Source of the DNA: Candidatus Hadarchaeota archaeon
GTDB taxonomy: Archaea > Hadarchaeota > Hadarchaeia > Hadarchaeales > JAGGTB01
NCBI GenBank assembly: GCA_964399085.1
Contig: CAYNPN010000006.1
Location: 1-54,631, forward strand
DNA length: 54,631 nt
Reading direction: 5' to 3'
A program made the position numbers and the translations under genes. Below, piece by piece: positions 20,656 to 30,649 of this stretch. Within the stretch, counting starts at the first letter, position 1. Each line of letters opens with the position of its first letter. The notes under the pieces are model-generated. The model made no database searches and was not told the origin of the DNA. It saw only the letters and a list, made by a program, of their open reading frames with translations.

Positions 20656-23502
20656 ATGTCTTGGAAAGGCGAAATTAATAAGATTGATGAGAACCTCTGG
20701 GAGATTCCAAAGTCGCATAAAAAGCACATGCGAGTCCCCGCCAGAGTATATGCAAATGAAACACTACTGAATCAAATAAAGGGAGATAAAACTTTGGAGC
20801 AAGCGACCAATGTCGCTAGCCTTCAGGGGATATACAATTATTCGGTGACTTTGCCGGACGGACATCAAGGATATGGATTCCCGATTGGGGGAGTAGCTGC
20901 TACCGATGCCGAAGAGGGAGTTATATCTCCAGGAGGGGTCGGCTATGATATTAATTGCCTTCCAGGCGATGCTGAGGTACTAACTTCATTGGGATTTCGC
21001 GTGAATATCGAGGACATATCCGTTGGAGATAATGTTACAGTCATGAATGATCACCACGCTCGTCCTACGGAAGTTCTTTTGACCCAGAAGAGAGAAGATG
21101 ATATCCTCTACAGAATTTGTACCAAATTAGGATATGAGCTTCAAGCTTCACCTGACCATCCACTTCTCACAAGAGAGGGAATGGTAGAAAGTGATGAGCT
21201 TTCCGAAGGCGATGAAGTTGCGCTTCATCCGTTCAAGGGAGTAAGATACGAGGAACCAGAAGATTTCAAAATATTGGAGGAAGATTCATTCAAAGCTTCG
21301 ATTGAGGAAGAGTTAGTTAGCCGGGATTTTCTACCATTATCCTCAAAGAATGAAAAGCTTCCCCATCTACTGAAGATATTTGGATATCTTTTGGGCGATG
21401 GAACAGTCTACGATAAATATGTTATTTTCTATGGCCGGAGGGAAGATTTGGAGGATATTAAAGAAGATGTGGATTACTTGGGTTATAAGGGACAGATTTA
21501 CGAGAGAGATAGGGAATACAAAATCGATGGCAAAGAATTCAGCGGCACTGAGACATACCTTAAAGTTTCAGCTAGGAGTCTCGCTAAACTTCTGTGGGAA
21601 ATGGGATACCCGAAAGGAGATAAGACCGAGGCTGAAATTAGTATCCCCGAATGGATAACAAAACTTCCCAAATGGATGAAGAGATTATTTTTGGCCAGCT
21701 TTTTTGGTGCAGAAATGTCAAAACCCAAAACGAGCAACGGTTACAATTTCTATATGCCAGAGATTAAATTTTCAAGGAAAGTTACTGATATGGAGAGAGA
21801 ACCTGAGTTCCTTTATGATTTGCAAGGTATGCTCGAGGAGTTTGGGGTTGAGTCTACAGTTTCTACGGCTAGTGAGGAGGAGAATAAAATAATTTACAGA
21901 CTTCTTGTTGGAGGAACCCCTGAAAATCTGTTGAATCTATGGGAAAAAATAGGCTATGAATATAACAGAGAAAGAAGGAGAATCTCAACGGCTGCGATTG
22001 TTTACTTGAGGCTTAAAAAATCTGTTATACAAAAGAGAGAGGAAATTAGAAGGAAGATAAAGGAAGAAGATAGAGATTTATCCGTGAAAGAAATAGTGGA
22101 CAAATATGGAGAATTCGTGAATAAACGGTTCGTAGAGAGAAGTCTCTGGGGAGATACCTTAAGCGCAAGGCCTCCACAAGACTTTATTAAATTTGAGGAG
22201 TTCCTTGAGGTTTATTCCGACGGGGAGATGGTTTACGACGAGGTTGTTAGAATAGAGGAAATCAAACATAATGATAAGGTGTATGATTTCACTGTCGCTA
22301 ATGAACATCATAATTTTGTGGCCAATGGAGTAGTCGTTTCGAATTGCGGCGTCAGATTACTCCGAACTAATTTGGAGAAGTCGGAGGTTTCGCCAGAGAT
22401 AAAGAGGCTAGTCAATTCTCTTTTCGACACGGTCCCCTCCGGTGTGGGGAGTGAGAGCAAGATTCACCTATCAACTTCCGATTTAGATGAAGCTCTTGCA
22501 AAGGGATCTCAATGGGCTGTGGAGAATGGTTACGGTCGCGATGAAGATATCGATAGCATAGAGGAAAACGGCCGTTTGGAAAATGCAAATCCGAATGCTA
22601 TCAGTTCTAAGGCAAAGGATAGAGGAAACTCCCAACTAGGGACTCTGGGTAGTGGAAATCATTTCTTGGAAGTGCAATATGTAGATAAGATTTTCGATTC
22701 CGAGGTGGCGGAAGAGTTCGGGATTACGGACGAAGGTCAAGTAATGACCATGATACACACGGGCTCCAGAGGTTTCGGCCATCAGGTCTGCACCGACAAC
22801 CTTAGGAAAATGGAAAAGGCTGCGAAGAAATATGGGATAGAATTACCCGAGCGGGAATTAGTCAATGTGCCCATCTCTTCGGAGGAGGGCCAGGATTATC
22901 TCTCTCAGATGGCCTGCGCGGCGAATTTTGCTTGGGCCAACAGACAGGTTATCACCCACTGGACTAGAGAGACCTTCTCAAAAATCATGGATAAAAATCC
23001 CGAAGGCATGGGCTTGGATATCATCTATGATGTTGCTCATAATATAGCGAAATTTGAAGAGCATGAAATAAACGGCAGTGAGAAGGAAGTCTGTGTCCAC
23101 CGAAAGGGAGCTACTAGGTCTTTCCCACCCGGCCATTCGGAAATCCCGAAGAAATATCAGAGCGTAGGTCAGCCGGTGCTTATTCCGGGTAATATGGGAA
23201 CGGCCAGCTATGTGCTTGTGGGATCCGAAAAAGCTATGGAAAAAACCTTCGGATCTACCGCACACGGTTCCGGGAGAACGATGAGTAGGACTGGAGCCAA
23301 GGGCAAGTTCTGGGGTGAGGACGTCAAGGACGATTTATGGGATAAGGAGAATATTTACGTCAGAGCAACCCATGGCTCGGTGATTGCCGAAGAGGCCCCG
23401 GGAGCATATAAGGACGTGGACGAGGTCGTAAAGGTCAGCGACGAAGAAGGAATAGGAAATCTCGTTGCCAGACTCAGGCCGATGGGAGTAGCGAAGGGTT
23501 AG
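20656..23502 (+). CDS. rtcB: tRNA-splicing ligase RtcB containing an intein
   Basis: PDGHQGYGFPIGGV, GVGYDIN|C, GTLGSGNHFLE, HTGSRG, HRKGAT, EEAPGAYK. Confidence 0.96.
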   Translation: MSWKGEINKIDENLWEIPKSHKKHMRVPARVYANETLLNQIKGDKTLEQATNVASLQGIYNYSVTLPDGHQGYGFPIGGVAATDAEEGVISPGGVGYDINCLPGDAEVLTSLGFRVNIEDISVGDNVTVMNDHHARPTEVLLTQKREDDILYRICTKLGYELQASPDHPLLTREGMVESDELSEGDEVALHPFKGVRYEEPEDFKILEEDSFKASIEEELVSRDFLPLSSKNEKLPHLLKIFGYLLGDGTVYDKYVIFYGRREDLEDIKEDVDYLGYKGQIYERDREYKIDGKEFSGTETYLKVSARSLAKLLWEMGYPKGDKTEAEISIPEWITKLPKWMKRLFLASFFGAEMSKPKTSNGYNFYMPEIKFSRKVTDMEREPEFLYDLQGMLEEFGVESTVSTASEEENKIIYRLLVGGTPENLLNLWEKIGYEYNRERRRISTAAIVYLRLKKSVIQKREEIRRKIKEEDRDLSVKEIVDKYGEFVNKRFVERSLWGDTLSARPPQDFIKFEEFLEVYSDGEMVYDEVVRIEEIKHNDKVYDFTVANEHHNFVANGVVVSNCGVRLLRTNLEKSEVSPEIKRLVNSLFDTVPSGVGSESKIHLSTSDLDEALAKGSQWAVENGYGRDEDIDSIEENGRLENANPNAISSKAKDRGNSQLGTLGSGNHFLEVQYVDKIFDSEVAEEFGITDEGQVMTMIHTGSRGFGHQVCTDNLRKMEKAAKKYGIELPERELVNVPISSEEGQDYLSQMACAANFAWANRQVITHWTRETFSKIMDKNPEGMGLDIIYDVAHNIAKFEEHEINGSEKEVCVHRKGATRSFPPGHSEIPKKYQSVGQPVLIPGNMGTASYVLVGSEKAMEKTFGSTAHGSGRTMSRTGAKGKFWGEDVKDDLWDKENIYVRATHGSVIAEEAPGAYKDVDEVVKVSDEEGIGNLVARLRPMGVAKG
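20956..22344 (+). mobile_element. Intein (463 aa) with LAGLIDADG homing endonuclease in rtcB
   Basis: Starts CLPGDAEV; block B SPDHPLLT; IFGYLLGDG and FLASFFGAE helices; ends VYDFTVANEHHNFVANGVVVSN|C. Confidence 0.93.
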
Positions 23503-23521
23503 ACGGTTTTTGTGAGTTCCA

Positions 23522-24373
23522 ATGACGCTTGAACTTTCCTCCATTCATTTACCCGCATCTCTTGTGTCAGATTTTTCGAAACTTAGGGAAAAGACTCTGA
23601 AAATTGGACATGTAGGGAGAATACTTGCCGTATTTAGAGTAGAGGAGGTTTTTATTTATGACGATGAGGATCCAAATGTCGAAAGTCCGGAAGAGGAAGC
23701 CTCCCTCATAAAGACCATCCTCAGTTATATGGAGACGCCACAGTATTTGAGGAAGACCTTATTTCCGTACAAGGAAGAACTTCGCAATGTAGGACTCTTA
23801 CCCCCGTTACGAACGCCTCACCACCCCCTTCAAAATGAAAGAAATGATGAGGGGAGTATAAGGGAGGCGGCGGTTATTGAATCTTCCGACGGCCAATCGA
23901 AGCTCGAAATAGGTCTACAGGAAAAAGGAATCTTTAGAGGTAGGTTAGAAGAGGGGTCACGAGTTACGGTCAAACTTGAGAGAAAGATGGAAGGAAAAGG
24001 GTGGCTCGTGGATGTTGTAAATGAGGAGAAAATTGACGATTATTGGGGCTTTAATGTCTTTAGGACACCCGATATCGCCCAGAGTTTAAGTAAGGCTAGT
24101 GTAGACTATACTATTGGAACATCCCGATACGGCCAAAATTTATATGAGGCCATTAAAGGGATAAATGCGGACAACAGTGAAACCGTGACGGTGGCTTTCG
24201 GAGGGCCGTATCAAGGCCTCTTCGAAGTCTGTGATAGACAGGCCGTCGATCCGGACGACCTGTTCGATATCATGGTAAATGCAATCCCCGATCAGGGGAC
24301 TGCAACGGTTCGAACGGAAGAAGCTCTAAACGCCACCCTTGCGGTCCTGAACATCCTCCTCAGGAGGATATAA
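23522..24373 (+). CDS. SPOUT-family RNA methyltransferase (DUF171/MTH1-like)
   Basis: YMETPQYLRK, GLLPPLRTPHH, PDQGTATVRTEEA; typical position upstream of rpl3. Confidence 0.9.
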   Translation: MTLELSSIHLPASLVSDFSKLREKTLKIGHVGRILAVFRVEEVFIYDDEDPNVESPEEEASLIKTILSYMETPQYLRKTLFPYKEELRNVGLLPPLRTPHHPLQNERNDEGSIREAAVIESSDGQSKLEIGLQEKGIFRGRLEEGSRVTVKLERKMEGKGWLVDVVNEEKIDDYWGFNVFRTPDIAQSLSKASVDYTIGTSRYGQNLYEAIKGINADNSETVTVAFGGPYQGLFEVCDRQAVDPDDLFDIMVNAIPDQGTATVRTEEALNATLAVLNILLRRI

Positions 24374-24375
24374 TC

Positions 24376-25383
24376 ATGCCAGAAAAAGAGCATCCAAGAC
24401 GGGGCTCTTTGGCGCACTCGCCTCGAAAACGGGCCTCGAAGCAAAAACCCCGGATAAGATCTTGGCCAGAGGAGAGCGAAGTAGGTCTATTGGGATTTGC
24501 TGGCTATAAGGCCGGAATGACCCATGTCTTCATGATAGATGACCATCCCGGGAGAGTAACTGAAGGACAGGAAATCAACGTCCCGGTGACTGTGCTTGAA
24601 GTACCACCCTTGCGAATTTGCGGATTAAGAGTTTACGGAAAGGTTATAGAGGGGGAAAAGAGCCTTTCCGAGGTTTGGGAAATGAACCCGGTTGAAGACT
24701 TAGAGAGATCGGTAAAGATACCCGAGGATTATGACCAGGAAAGTGCGCTTGAAAACGCCGAAGAGTTTATTGATAATGACAGAGCCGAGGAAATATCCGT
24801 TTTAGTTCACACTCAGCCCAGTTTAAGTTCAGTTTCTAAGAAAAAGCCCGAGGTTATGGAAATAAGAATCGGAGGAGATTCCGTTGAGAATCAGTGGGAA
24901 GAAATGAGGGACATGCTTGGCAACGAAATAGAGTTTTCGGATGTTTTTGATGAAGGAAATTATGCCGACGTGTTTGCCATTACAAAAGGAAAAGGTTTCG
25001 AAGGCCCCGTCAAGCGTTGGGGAGTGAAAGTTCAACCCCGGAAAGTCCAACAGGCCAGGAGACATACCGGTGTTTTGGGCCCTTGGAGACCGAGCCGAAT
25101 TATGCGGACGGTACCGATGTCCGGTCAATCCGGCTATCACCAAAGAATGGAGCATAATAAGAGGATTTTGAAAGTGGGAGACGACGGGGTTGAGGTTACT
25201 CCCAAGGGAGGCTTTTTGAGATTCGGTGAGATAAAAAGCGATTACGTTCTCCTTAAGGGTTCAGTTCCAGGCCCTACTAACAGAATGATATTTTTCCGAA
25301 AGCCCATGAAGGAAAAGGAAGGGGTTCCAACTACACCACCTTCTATCACATATATTGATACAAGCTCTCAGCAGGGGGGTTAG
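24376..25383 (+). CDS. rpl3: 50S ribosomal protein L3
   Basis: PRRGSL, GYKAGMTH, TKGKGFEGPVKRWG, KGSVPG. Confidence 0.97.
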   Translation: MPEKEHPRRGSLAHSPRKRASKQKPRIRSWPEESEVGLLGFAGYKAGMTHVFMIDDHPGRVTEGQEINVPVTVLEVPPLRICGLRVYGKVIEGEKSLSEVWEMNPVEDLERSVKIPEDYDQESALENAEEFIDNDRAEEISVLVHTQPSLSSVSKKKPEVMEIRIGGDSVENQWEEMRDMLGNEIEFSDVFDEGNYADVFAITKGKGFEGPVKRWGVKVQPRKVQQARRHTGVLGPWRPSRIMRTVPMSGQSGYHQRMEHNKRILKVGDDGVEVTPKGGFLRFGEIKSDYVLLKGSVPGPTNRMIFFRKPMKEKEGVPTTPPSITYIDTSSQQGG

Positions 25384-25388
25384 TTACG

Positions 25389-26171
25389 ATGAAGACTGAA
25401 ATTAAAAATCTAGAGGGAGAATCCGAGGATTCAGCCGATCTTCCGGAAGTCTTTGAGGAAGGAATAAGACCCGACCTTATTAAAAAGGCCGTTGTTTCGG
25501 CTCAGAGTTCTCGTATTCAATCAAAGGGATCGAGCTCGAGAGCGGGCATGGATACCACTGCGGAAACGCCCCCAAAAGGATCCGGCCAGACTAGGGTTCG
25601 TCGAATTAAGGGAAGAGGATACCATGCAGCTGGGAGATCGGCTTGGGCCCCCTTTACTGTTGGAGGTAGAAGAGCCCATCCCCCTAAGTCGGAAGAGGAT
25701 AAATCGGAAGAAATTAACGATAATGAGAAGAACTTGGCGATCCGGTCGGCGATTTCGGCTACTAAAGAGCTAGATTTTGTCTCCTCAAGAGGACACGTCG
25801 TGGATGGGGTCGAAGAATTCCCCCTTGTCGTTGAGAATGATCTTGAAGAGTTAAAAAAGACAAGAAAAGTTAAGGAGGTTCTTGAGGGCTTAGGGGTTTG
25901 GCCTGACGTGAAGCGGGTAAAAGAAACCCGAACCGTTCGGGCCGGCAAGGGTAAATCCAGAGGCAGGCCCTACAAAAAAGGTGTCGGACCTCTCTTGGTG
26001 GTGGGGGAGGATAAGGGTATATTTAGAGCAGCTCGGAACATTCCGGGAGTTGATATAATTACGGTTGACCAGCTAAATGCTGAGCTTTTGGCGCCCGGGG
26101 GAGCTCCTGCCCGCCTTACGATATGGACTGAGTCGGCTCTTGAAGAAGTCAATAGGAGGTTTTCAAATTGA
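25389..26171 (+). CDS. rpl4: 50S ribosomal protein L4
   Basis: RPDLIKKAV, GGRRAHPP, RAGKGKSRGR, LLAPGG. Confidence 0.97.
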   Translation: MKTEIKNLEGESEDSADLPEVFEEGIRPDLIKKAVVSAQSSRIQSKGSSSRAGMDTTAETPPKGSGQTRVRRIKGRGYHAAGRSAWAPFTVGGRRAHPPKSEEDKSEEINDNEKNLAIRSAISATKELDFVSSRGHVVDGVEEFPLVVENDLEELKKTRKVKEVLEGLGVWPDVKRVKETRTVRAGKGKSRGRPYKKGVGPLLVVGEDKGIFRAARNIPGVDIITVDQLNAELLAPGGAPARLTIWTESALEEVNRRFSN

Positions 26172-26431
26172 AGGATCCACATGAGGTTATAATTCATCCA
26201 AGAATCACTGAGAAAGCTGTAAGACTAATTGAAGATGAAAATAAGTTAGTCTTTGTTGTTTCTGAAGATTCGAATAAAAGGGAGATTAAAGAGGCGGTGG
26301 AAATCCTGTTTGAGGTAGAGGTAGAGGATGTGAATACCCAGATCACCCCAAGCGCTGAAAAGCGTGCCTTTGTTAAACTATCACCTGAATATAATGCTGA
26401 TGAGATAGCAGCTAGACTAGGAGTGTTCTAG
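26168..26431 (+). CDS. rpl23: 50S ribosomal protein L23
   Basis: TEKA, NKLVFVV, IKEAVE, KRAFVKL. Confidence 0.96.
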   Translation: MKDPHEVIIHPRITEKAVRLIEDENKLVFVVSEDSNKREIKEAVEILFEVEVEDVNTQITPSAEKRAFVKLSPEYNADEIAARLGVF

Positions 26432-26432
26432 A

Positions 26433-27140
26433 ATGGGAAAAAGAATTAGAGCCCAAAGGCTTGGAAGAGGAAGCCCGACTTACAGGGCGAGGACGAAAAA
26501 AAGGAAAGAAGTCAGCCTACCACAGGCTTCGGAAGAAGGCTCCAAGGCCAAAGTAGTTGATATACTACACGACCGTTCTAGAAGTGCTCCTGTGGCTAGG
26601 ATAAGATATTCTGATGGAGAAGAGAGATTGGTATTGGCTCCCGAAGGAATAAAAGTGGGAGATGAATTGGAGTGCGGAATATCTGCACCTATCAAGCCCG
26701 GTAATACCCTTCCACTTTCCGAGATTCCGGAAGGTGCACCCATACACAACCTCGAAGGGAAACCTGGAAAGGGTGGAGAGTTTGCCCGAGCTTCCGGGAC
26801 TAATGCCGTACTTCTTGCCCATGATGTAAGCCAGGCAATAGTTCAAATGCCATCGGGAGAAATACGCTCTTTTAATCCTAAATGCCGAGCGACTATTGGG
26901 GTTGTGGCTGGTGGAGGCCGGAGAGAGAAACCGTTTGTAAAAGCCGGTAAGAAACATGGTGAGAGAAAGGGAAAAGGAAAACTCTACCCCCGGGTATCAG
27001 GTGTTGCGATGAATGTCGTAGACCATCCATTCGGCTCCGGACGTGGTAGACATGCTGGGAGGCCCAGGACTGTGGGCAGAACTGCCCCGCCAGGACAAAA
27101 GGTAGGCCTTATAAGTGCCCGCAGGACTGGAAAGAGGTGA
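26433..27140 (+). CDS. rpl2: 50S ribosomal protein L2
   Basis: GKRIRAQRLG, CRATIG, GVAMNVVDHPFG, ARRTG. Confidence 0.97.
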   Translation: MGKRIRAQRLGRGSPTYRARTKKRKEVSLPQASEEGSKAKVVDILHDRSRSAPVARIRYSDGEERLVLAPEGIKVGDELECGISAPIKPGNTLPLSEIPEGAPIHNLEGKPGKGGEFARASGTNAVLLAHDVSQAIVQMPSGEIRSFNPKCRATIGVVAGGGRREKPFVKAGKKHGERKGKGKLYPRVSGVAMNVVDHPFGSGRGRHAGRPRTVGRTAPPGQKVGLISARRTGKR

Positions 27141-27146
27141 TTATTA

Positions 27147-27548
27147 ATGGTAAAGGAGTTTACTTATCGAGGTCATACATTGGGAGAACTCCAAGATATG
27201 TCCATCGACGAATTTGCCAATCTACTCCCTGCTAGAGAGAGAAGAGTCATTAAAAGGGGACTTCCGCCGAGACAACAAAAACTTCTGGATAAGGTTCGGG
27301 AGGTAAATGAAATGGATGAACCTGAGGAAGAGTTTATACGTACCCATTGTAGGGACATGATTATTCTGCCGGAGATGGTTGGATTAAGGTTTGGGGTCTA
27401 TGATGGAGAGACTTTTGTACCTGTTGAAGTAGAGTCTCGAATGATTGGACATAGGCTGGGAGAGTTTGCCCTCACGAGAAAAAAGGTAGAGCACAGCACT
27501 CCGGGAATAGGTGCTACTAGAAGTTCGTTATACGTTCCATTAAAGTGA
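27147..27548 (+). CDS. rps19: 30S ribosomal protein S19
   Basis: [32 protein letters not shown]. Confidence 0.97.
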   Translation: MVKEFTYRGHTLGELQDMSIDEFANLLPARERRVIKRGLPPRQQKLLDKVREVNEMDEPEEEFIRTHCRDMIILPEMVGLRFGVYDGETFVPVEVESRMIGHRLGEFALTRKKVEHSTPGIGATRSSLYVPLK

Positions 27549-27552
27549 TACG

Positions 27553-28008
27553 ATGCCCAAACATGATTATTCCGTGGATGTAGATGACCGAAAGTGCGCA
27601 AAGGCTATGGGGAAAGAATTACATGTTTCTCCGAAAGACAGTGTTGAGATTTGTAATGAAATTAGAGGAATGGATTTGAGAAAGGCACAAGATTATCTAG
27701 ACGCTGTAACTGAAAAGGAAGCTATTGTTCCGTATAGGAAGCATGATAAGAAAAAAGGCCACAGGAAGGGCTCTGGAGATGATTCGGGAGGATATCCTGT
27801 AAAAGCTGCCAGCGCTATTTTGGATGTGCTGGAGAATGTCGAGGCCAACGCGGAATATAAGGGTTTAACTTTGGAGAATCTCAGGATTATTCATGCCAGT
27901 GCTAAGCGAGGAATGAAGTTTCCTGGCATCCAACCGAGGGCTTTTGGGAGGGCATCACCTTCCGATACGCCTACTACAAACGTTGAAATCGTAGTCAAGG
28001 GTGAATAA
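27553..28008 (+). CDS. rpl22: 50S ribosomal protein L22
   Basis: VSPKDSVEIC, GYPVKAA, NAEYKGL, PRAFGRA. Confidence 0.96.
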   Translation: MPKHDYSVDVDDRKCAKAMGKELHVSPKDSVEICNEIRGMDLRKAQDYLDAVTEKEAIVPYRKHDKKKGHRKGSGDDSGGYPVKAASAILDVLENVEANAEYKGLTLENLRIIHASAKRGMKFPGIQPRAFGRASPSDTPTTNVEIVVKGE

Positions 28009-28011
28009 AGA

Positions 28012-28680
28012 ATGTCGGTTGAAGAGTTTTTCATTGAAAAGAATTGGAACCGAGCTAAGCTTGAAGAGTTTTTAGAGGAAGAGCTGGAGGAGGCCGGTTA
28101 TGGCGGGATGGAAAAAAAGAGAACTCCGATGGGGACCAGATTGACTCTGCAGGTAGAGCGCCCCGGGGTGGTTATAGGACGTGGCGGTAAGAATATTCAG
28201 GAATTGACCGAGAAGCTGGAGAAGGACTTCGATTTAGATAGCCCTCAGGTTGAGGTCAATGAAATTGAGGTCCCTGAATTCAATGCCTCGATTATGGCAA
28301 AGAGAGTCGCCTTTTTGCTCACCCGGGGCGTTTACTTCCGCCGGGTAGGTTACGGTACTCTCCGAGAAATTATGGAAGCGGGAGCCCGTGGGGCAGAAAT
28401 AGTTATTTCGGGTAAATTGACCGGAGATTTCGCTAGAGAGGAAAGATTTTACGATGGTTATCTAAAGAAGGCTGGAGAGTATGCATCGAAGGTCGTAGAC
28501 AACGGAAAGGCAGTTGCGGAACTTCCGGCAGGAACGGTGGGAGTAAAAGTAAGGATCATGCCACCCGATGTTGAACTTCCGGAAGAAATCGAAGTAGAAA
28601 AAGAAATTGAAGAAGAAGCTCCGGAGGAAGAGAAATTGGAAAGCGAAGTGCCGGAAGAAGGAGTAGAGCCGGAGACATAA
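28012..28680 (+). CDS. rps3: 30S ribosomal protein S3
   Basis: RPGVVIGRGG KH motif, GARGAEIVISGKL, GVKVRIMPP; acidic tail. Confidence 0.97.
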   Translation: MSVEEFFIEKNWNRAKLEEFLEEELEEAGYGGMEKKRTPMGTRLTLQVERPGVVIGRGGKNIQELTEKLEKDFDLDSPQVEVNEIEVPEFNASIMAKRVAFLLTRGVYFRRVGYGTLREIMEAGARGAEIVISGKLTGDFAREERFYDGYLKKAGEYASKVVDNGKAVAELPAGTVGVKVRIMPPDVELPEEIEVEKEIEEEAPEEEKLESEVPEEGVEPET

Positions 28681-28696
28681 TGAGGGTCTGATATTA

Positions 28697-28906
28697 ATGG
28701 CCATTCTCAAACCAAATGAAATTCGGGATATGAATTTGGAAGAAATGGAGGCGGAACTGGCGGAACTGAGATCGGAACTCGCCCGAGAAAGGGCTGTGGC
28801 TGCGGCCGGTGGGTCGCTTGAAAACCCAGGAAGAGTGAAAGAACTAAGACGTACTATAGCACGAGTTTTGACGATTATGAAAGAAGAACAAAGAAAGAGG
28901 AGGTAG
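28697..28906 (+). CDS. rpl29: 50S ribosomal protein L29
   Basis: ENPGRVKELRRTIARVLT. Confidence 0.95.
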   Translation: MAILKPNEIRDMNLEEMEAELAELRSELARERAVAAAGGSLENPGRVKELRRTIARVLTIMKEEQRKRR

Positions 28907-28916
28907 ATAGGACCTA

Positions 28917-29225
28917 ATGCCAGAAATATGCCCGACGTGTGGTTTACCCAAGGAGATTTGTGCCTGCGAGGAAATAGCTCAGGAACAGCAGCGAATAAGA
29001 GTATACACGCAAGAAAGGACTTTTGGAAAGTCCGTGACTATTATTGAGGGTTTGAATGAAGAACAAGTTGATATGGAAGAGGTCGCCAGTAAATTGAAGA
29101 AAAATTTGGCCTGCGGCGGAACTGTAAAAGAAGGAAGAATTGAACTCCAGGGTAATCATGAATCACGCGTTAAAGACATGTTAGTTGATATGGGTTTTTC
29201 TTCGAATACGATTGAAGTGGAGTAG
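28917..29225 (+). CDS. Translation initiation factor aIF1 (SUI1)
   Basis: CPTCGLPKEICAC, LKKNLACGGTVK, IELQGNH. Confidence 0.95.
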   Translation: MPEICPTCGLPKEICACEEIAQEQQRIRVYTQERTFGKSVTIIEGLNEEQVDMEEVASKLKKNLACGGTVKEGRIELQGNHESRVKDMLVDMGFSSNTIEVE

Positions 29226-29232
29226 GTTCTCT

Positions 29233-29505
29233 ATGTCTGTAACGGAAGGGAACCTCTTACAGCATGAGTTGATTGGACTAAAAGCTGAAGTCGTTGAATG
29301 TACGGATCCTACTAAAAAAGGAAAAAAGGGTGTTATAATGAACGAGACGAAGAATACTCTAACCTTGAAACATGGTGGGGAATTAAAAACTATCCCCAAG
29401 AAAGAAATTACACTTTCAATCACACTACCAGAAGGAGAAGATGTAAAAGTGGAAGGAAGAAAATTAGTAGCTCGGCCGGAAGACCGAGTTAAGAAGTTTA
29501 GGTGA
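29233..29505 (+). CDS. rnp1: RNase P protein component 1 (Rpp29)
   Basis: HELIGL, GVIMNETKNTL, RPEDRVK; synteny. Confidence 0.92.
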   Translation: MSVTEGNLLQHELIGLKAEVVECTDPTKKGKKGVIMNETKNTLTLKHGGELKTIPKKEITLSITLPEGEDVKVEGRKLVARPEDRVKKFR

Positions 29506-29511
29506 ATAAAA

Positions 29512-29829
29512 ATGATAGATTCGAAAATAAAAATTCCGGAAGAAGAATGTCAAGACGAGAATTGCCCGTTTCACGGGGAACTTAATGTTAGAGGTCAGGT
29601 TCTCGAGGGAGAGGTAGTCAGTGATAAGATGGACAAGACGGTCGTCGTCGAGAGAGGATATGCCGAGAAGATACCAAAATTTGAGAGATATGAAAGGCGT
29701 TCTTCCAAGGTTCACGCTTATAATCCCCCCTGTATAGGTGCTAGGGAAGGCGATAATGTGAAAATAGCGGAGTGTAAAAAATTGAGCAAACAAAAATCAT
29801 TCGTAGTTTTGGAAAAGGAGGAGGAATAA
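29512..29829 (+). CDS. rps17: 30S ribosomal protein S17
   Basis: [30 protein letters not shown]. Confidence 0.96.
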   Translation: MIDSKIKIPEEECQDENCPFHGELNVRGQVLEGEVVSDKMDKTVVVERGYAEKIPKFERYERRSSKVHAYNPPCIGAREGDNVKIAECKKLSKQKSFVVLEKEEE

Positions 29830-29830
29830 A

Positions 29831-30247
29831 ATGCCTAGAACAGCCACCGGCGAAATATCCCCCGTTGTTCCTACTCGGACACTCTCCCAGGGCGCTCGCT
29901 TGGAATGCACGGATAATACGGGAGCTAAAGAGCTGGGAATAATTTCAGTTATTGGATATAAGGGAACTCGAAGGAGAATGCCAAAGGCTGGTGTCGGCGA
30001 CATGTTTGTCGCTTCGGTTAAGAAGGGAAAACCCGAGTTGAGAAAACAGGTAGTTCATGGTATTGTCGTCAGGCAAAAAAAGGAATATAGACGCCTCAAT
30101 GGAATGAGAATAAAATTCGAAGACAACGCGGCTGTTCTGGTAAGTCCGGAGGGAGAACCGCAGGGTTCTGAGATTCGAGGTCCTCTGGCAAGAGAAGCTG
30201 CTGAAAAGTGGCCACAGGTGGCAGGAATAGCTACTATTATAGCTTAG
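29831..30247 (+). CDS. rpl14: 50S ribosomal protein L14
   Basis: DNTGAK, GVGD, FEDNAAV, IRGP.AREAA. Confidence 0.97.
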   Translation: MPRTATGEISPVVPTRTLSQGARLECTDNTGAKELGIISVIGYKGTRRRMPKAGVGDMFVASVKKGKPELRKQVVHGIVVRQKKEYRRLNGMRIKFEDNAAVLVSPEGEPQGSEIRGPLAREAAEKWPQVAGIATIIA

Positions 30248-30256
30248 GTGAAATAT

Positions 30257-30649
30257 ATGTCAGGAAATGATTCTCAACATTTACATGAAAGAAAAAAATC
30301 GATGGCTGCCCCGCTGGGCCCCGATCTCAGGGAGGAGTATGGGTTCCGCTCCATTTCCGTTAGAACGGGGGATAAGGTAAGACTGGTGAGAGGAGATTTT
30401 AAGGGGATAGAAGGTGAGGTCACCGAAGTTGATACTGACAGTCAGAGGATAGTCGTAGAAGGTGTGGAAACCCCTAAAGCGGATGAGACTGAAGTTTCAA
30501 CTCCAGTTCACCCTTCAAATGTTGAAATAATTGAAATGGAAAAAGATAGTATGCGTGAAAAGGTTATTGATAGGAGGTCAGAAAGTGGGAAAGAAAGGAC
30601 GGAAAAAACATCTCAAGAGGCTGAACGCCCCGAAAGTAAGGAGAGTTAA
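30257..30649 (+). CDS. rpl24: 50S ribosomal protein L24
   Basis: VRTGDKVRLVRGDFKG KOW motif, VHPSNV; N-terminus short. Confidence 0.93.
   Translation: MSGNDSQHLHERKKSMAAPLGPDLREEYGFRSISVRTGDKVRLVRGDFKGIEGEVTEVDTDSQRIVVEGVETPKADETEVSTPVHPSNVEIIEMEKDSMREKVIDRRSESGKERTEKTSQEAERPESKES

Noticed and set aside
30248-30300. Short N-terminus of L24
   Set aside because: The KOW core is intact; minor lineage variation.
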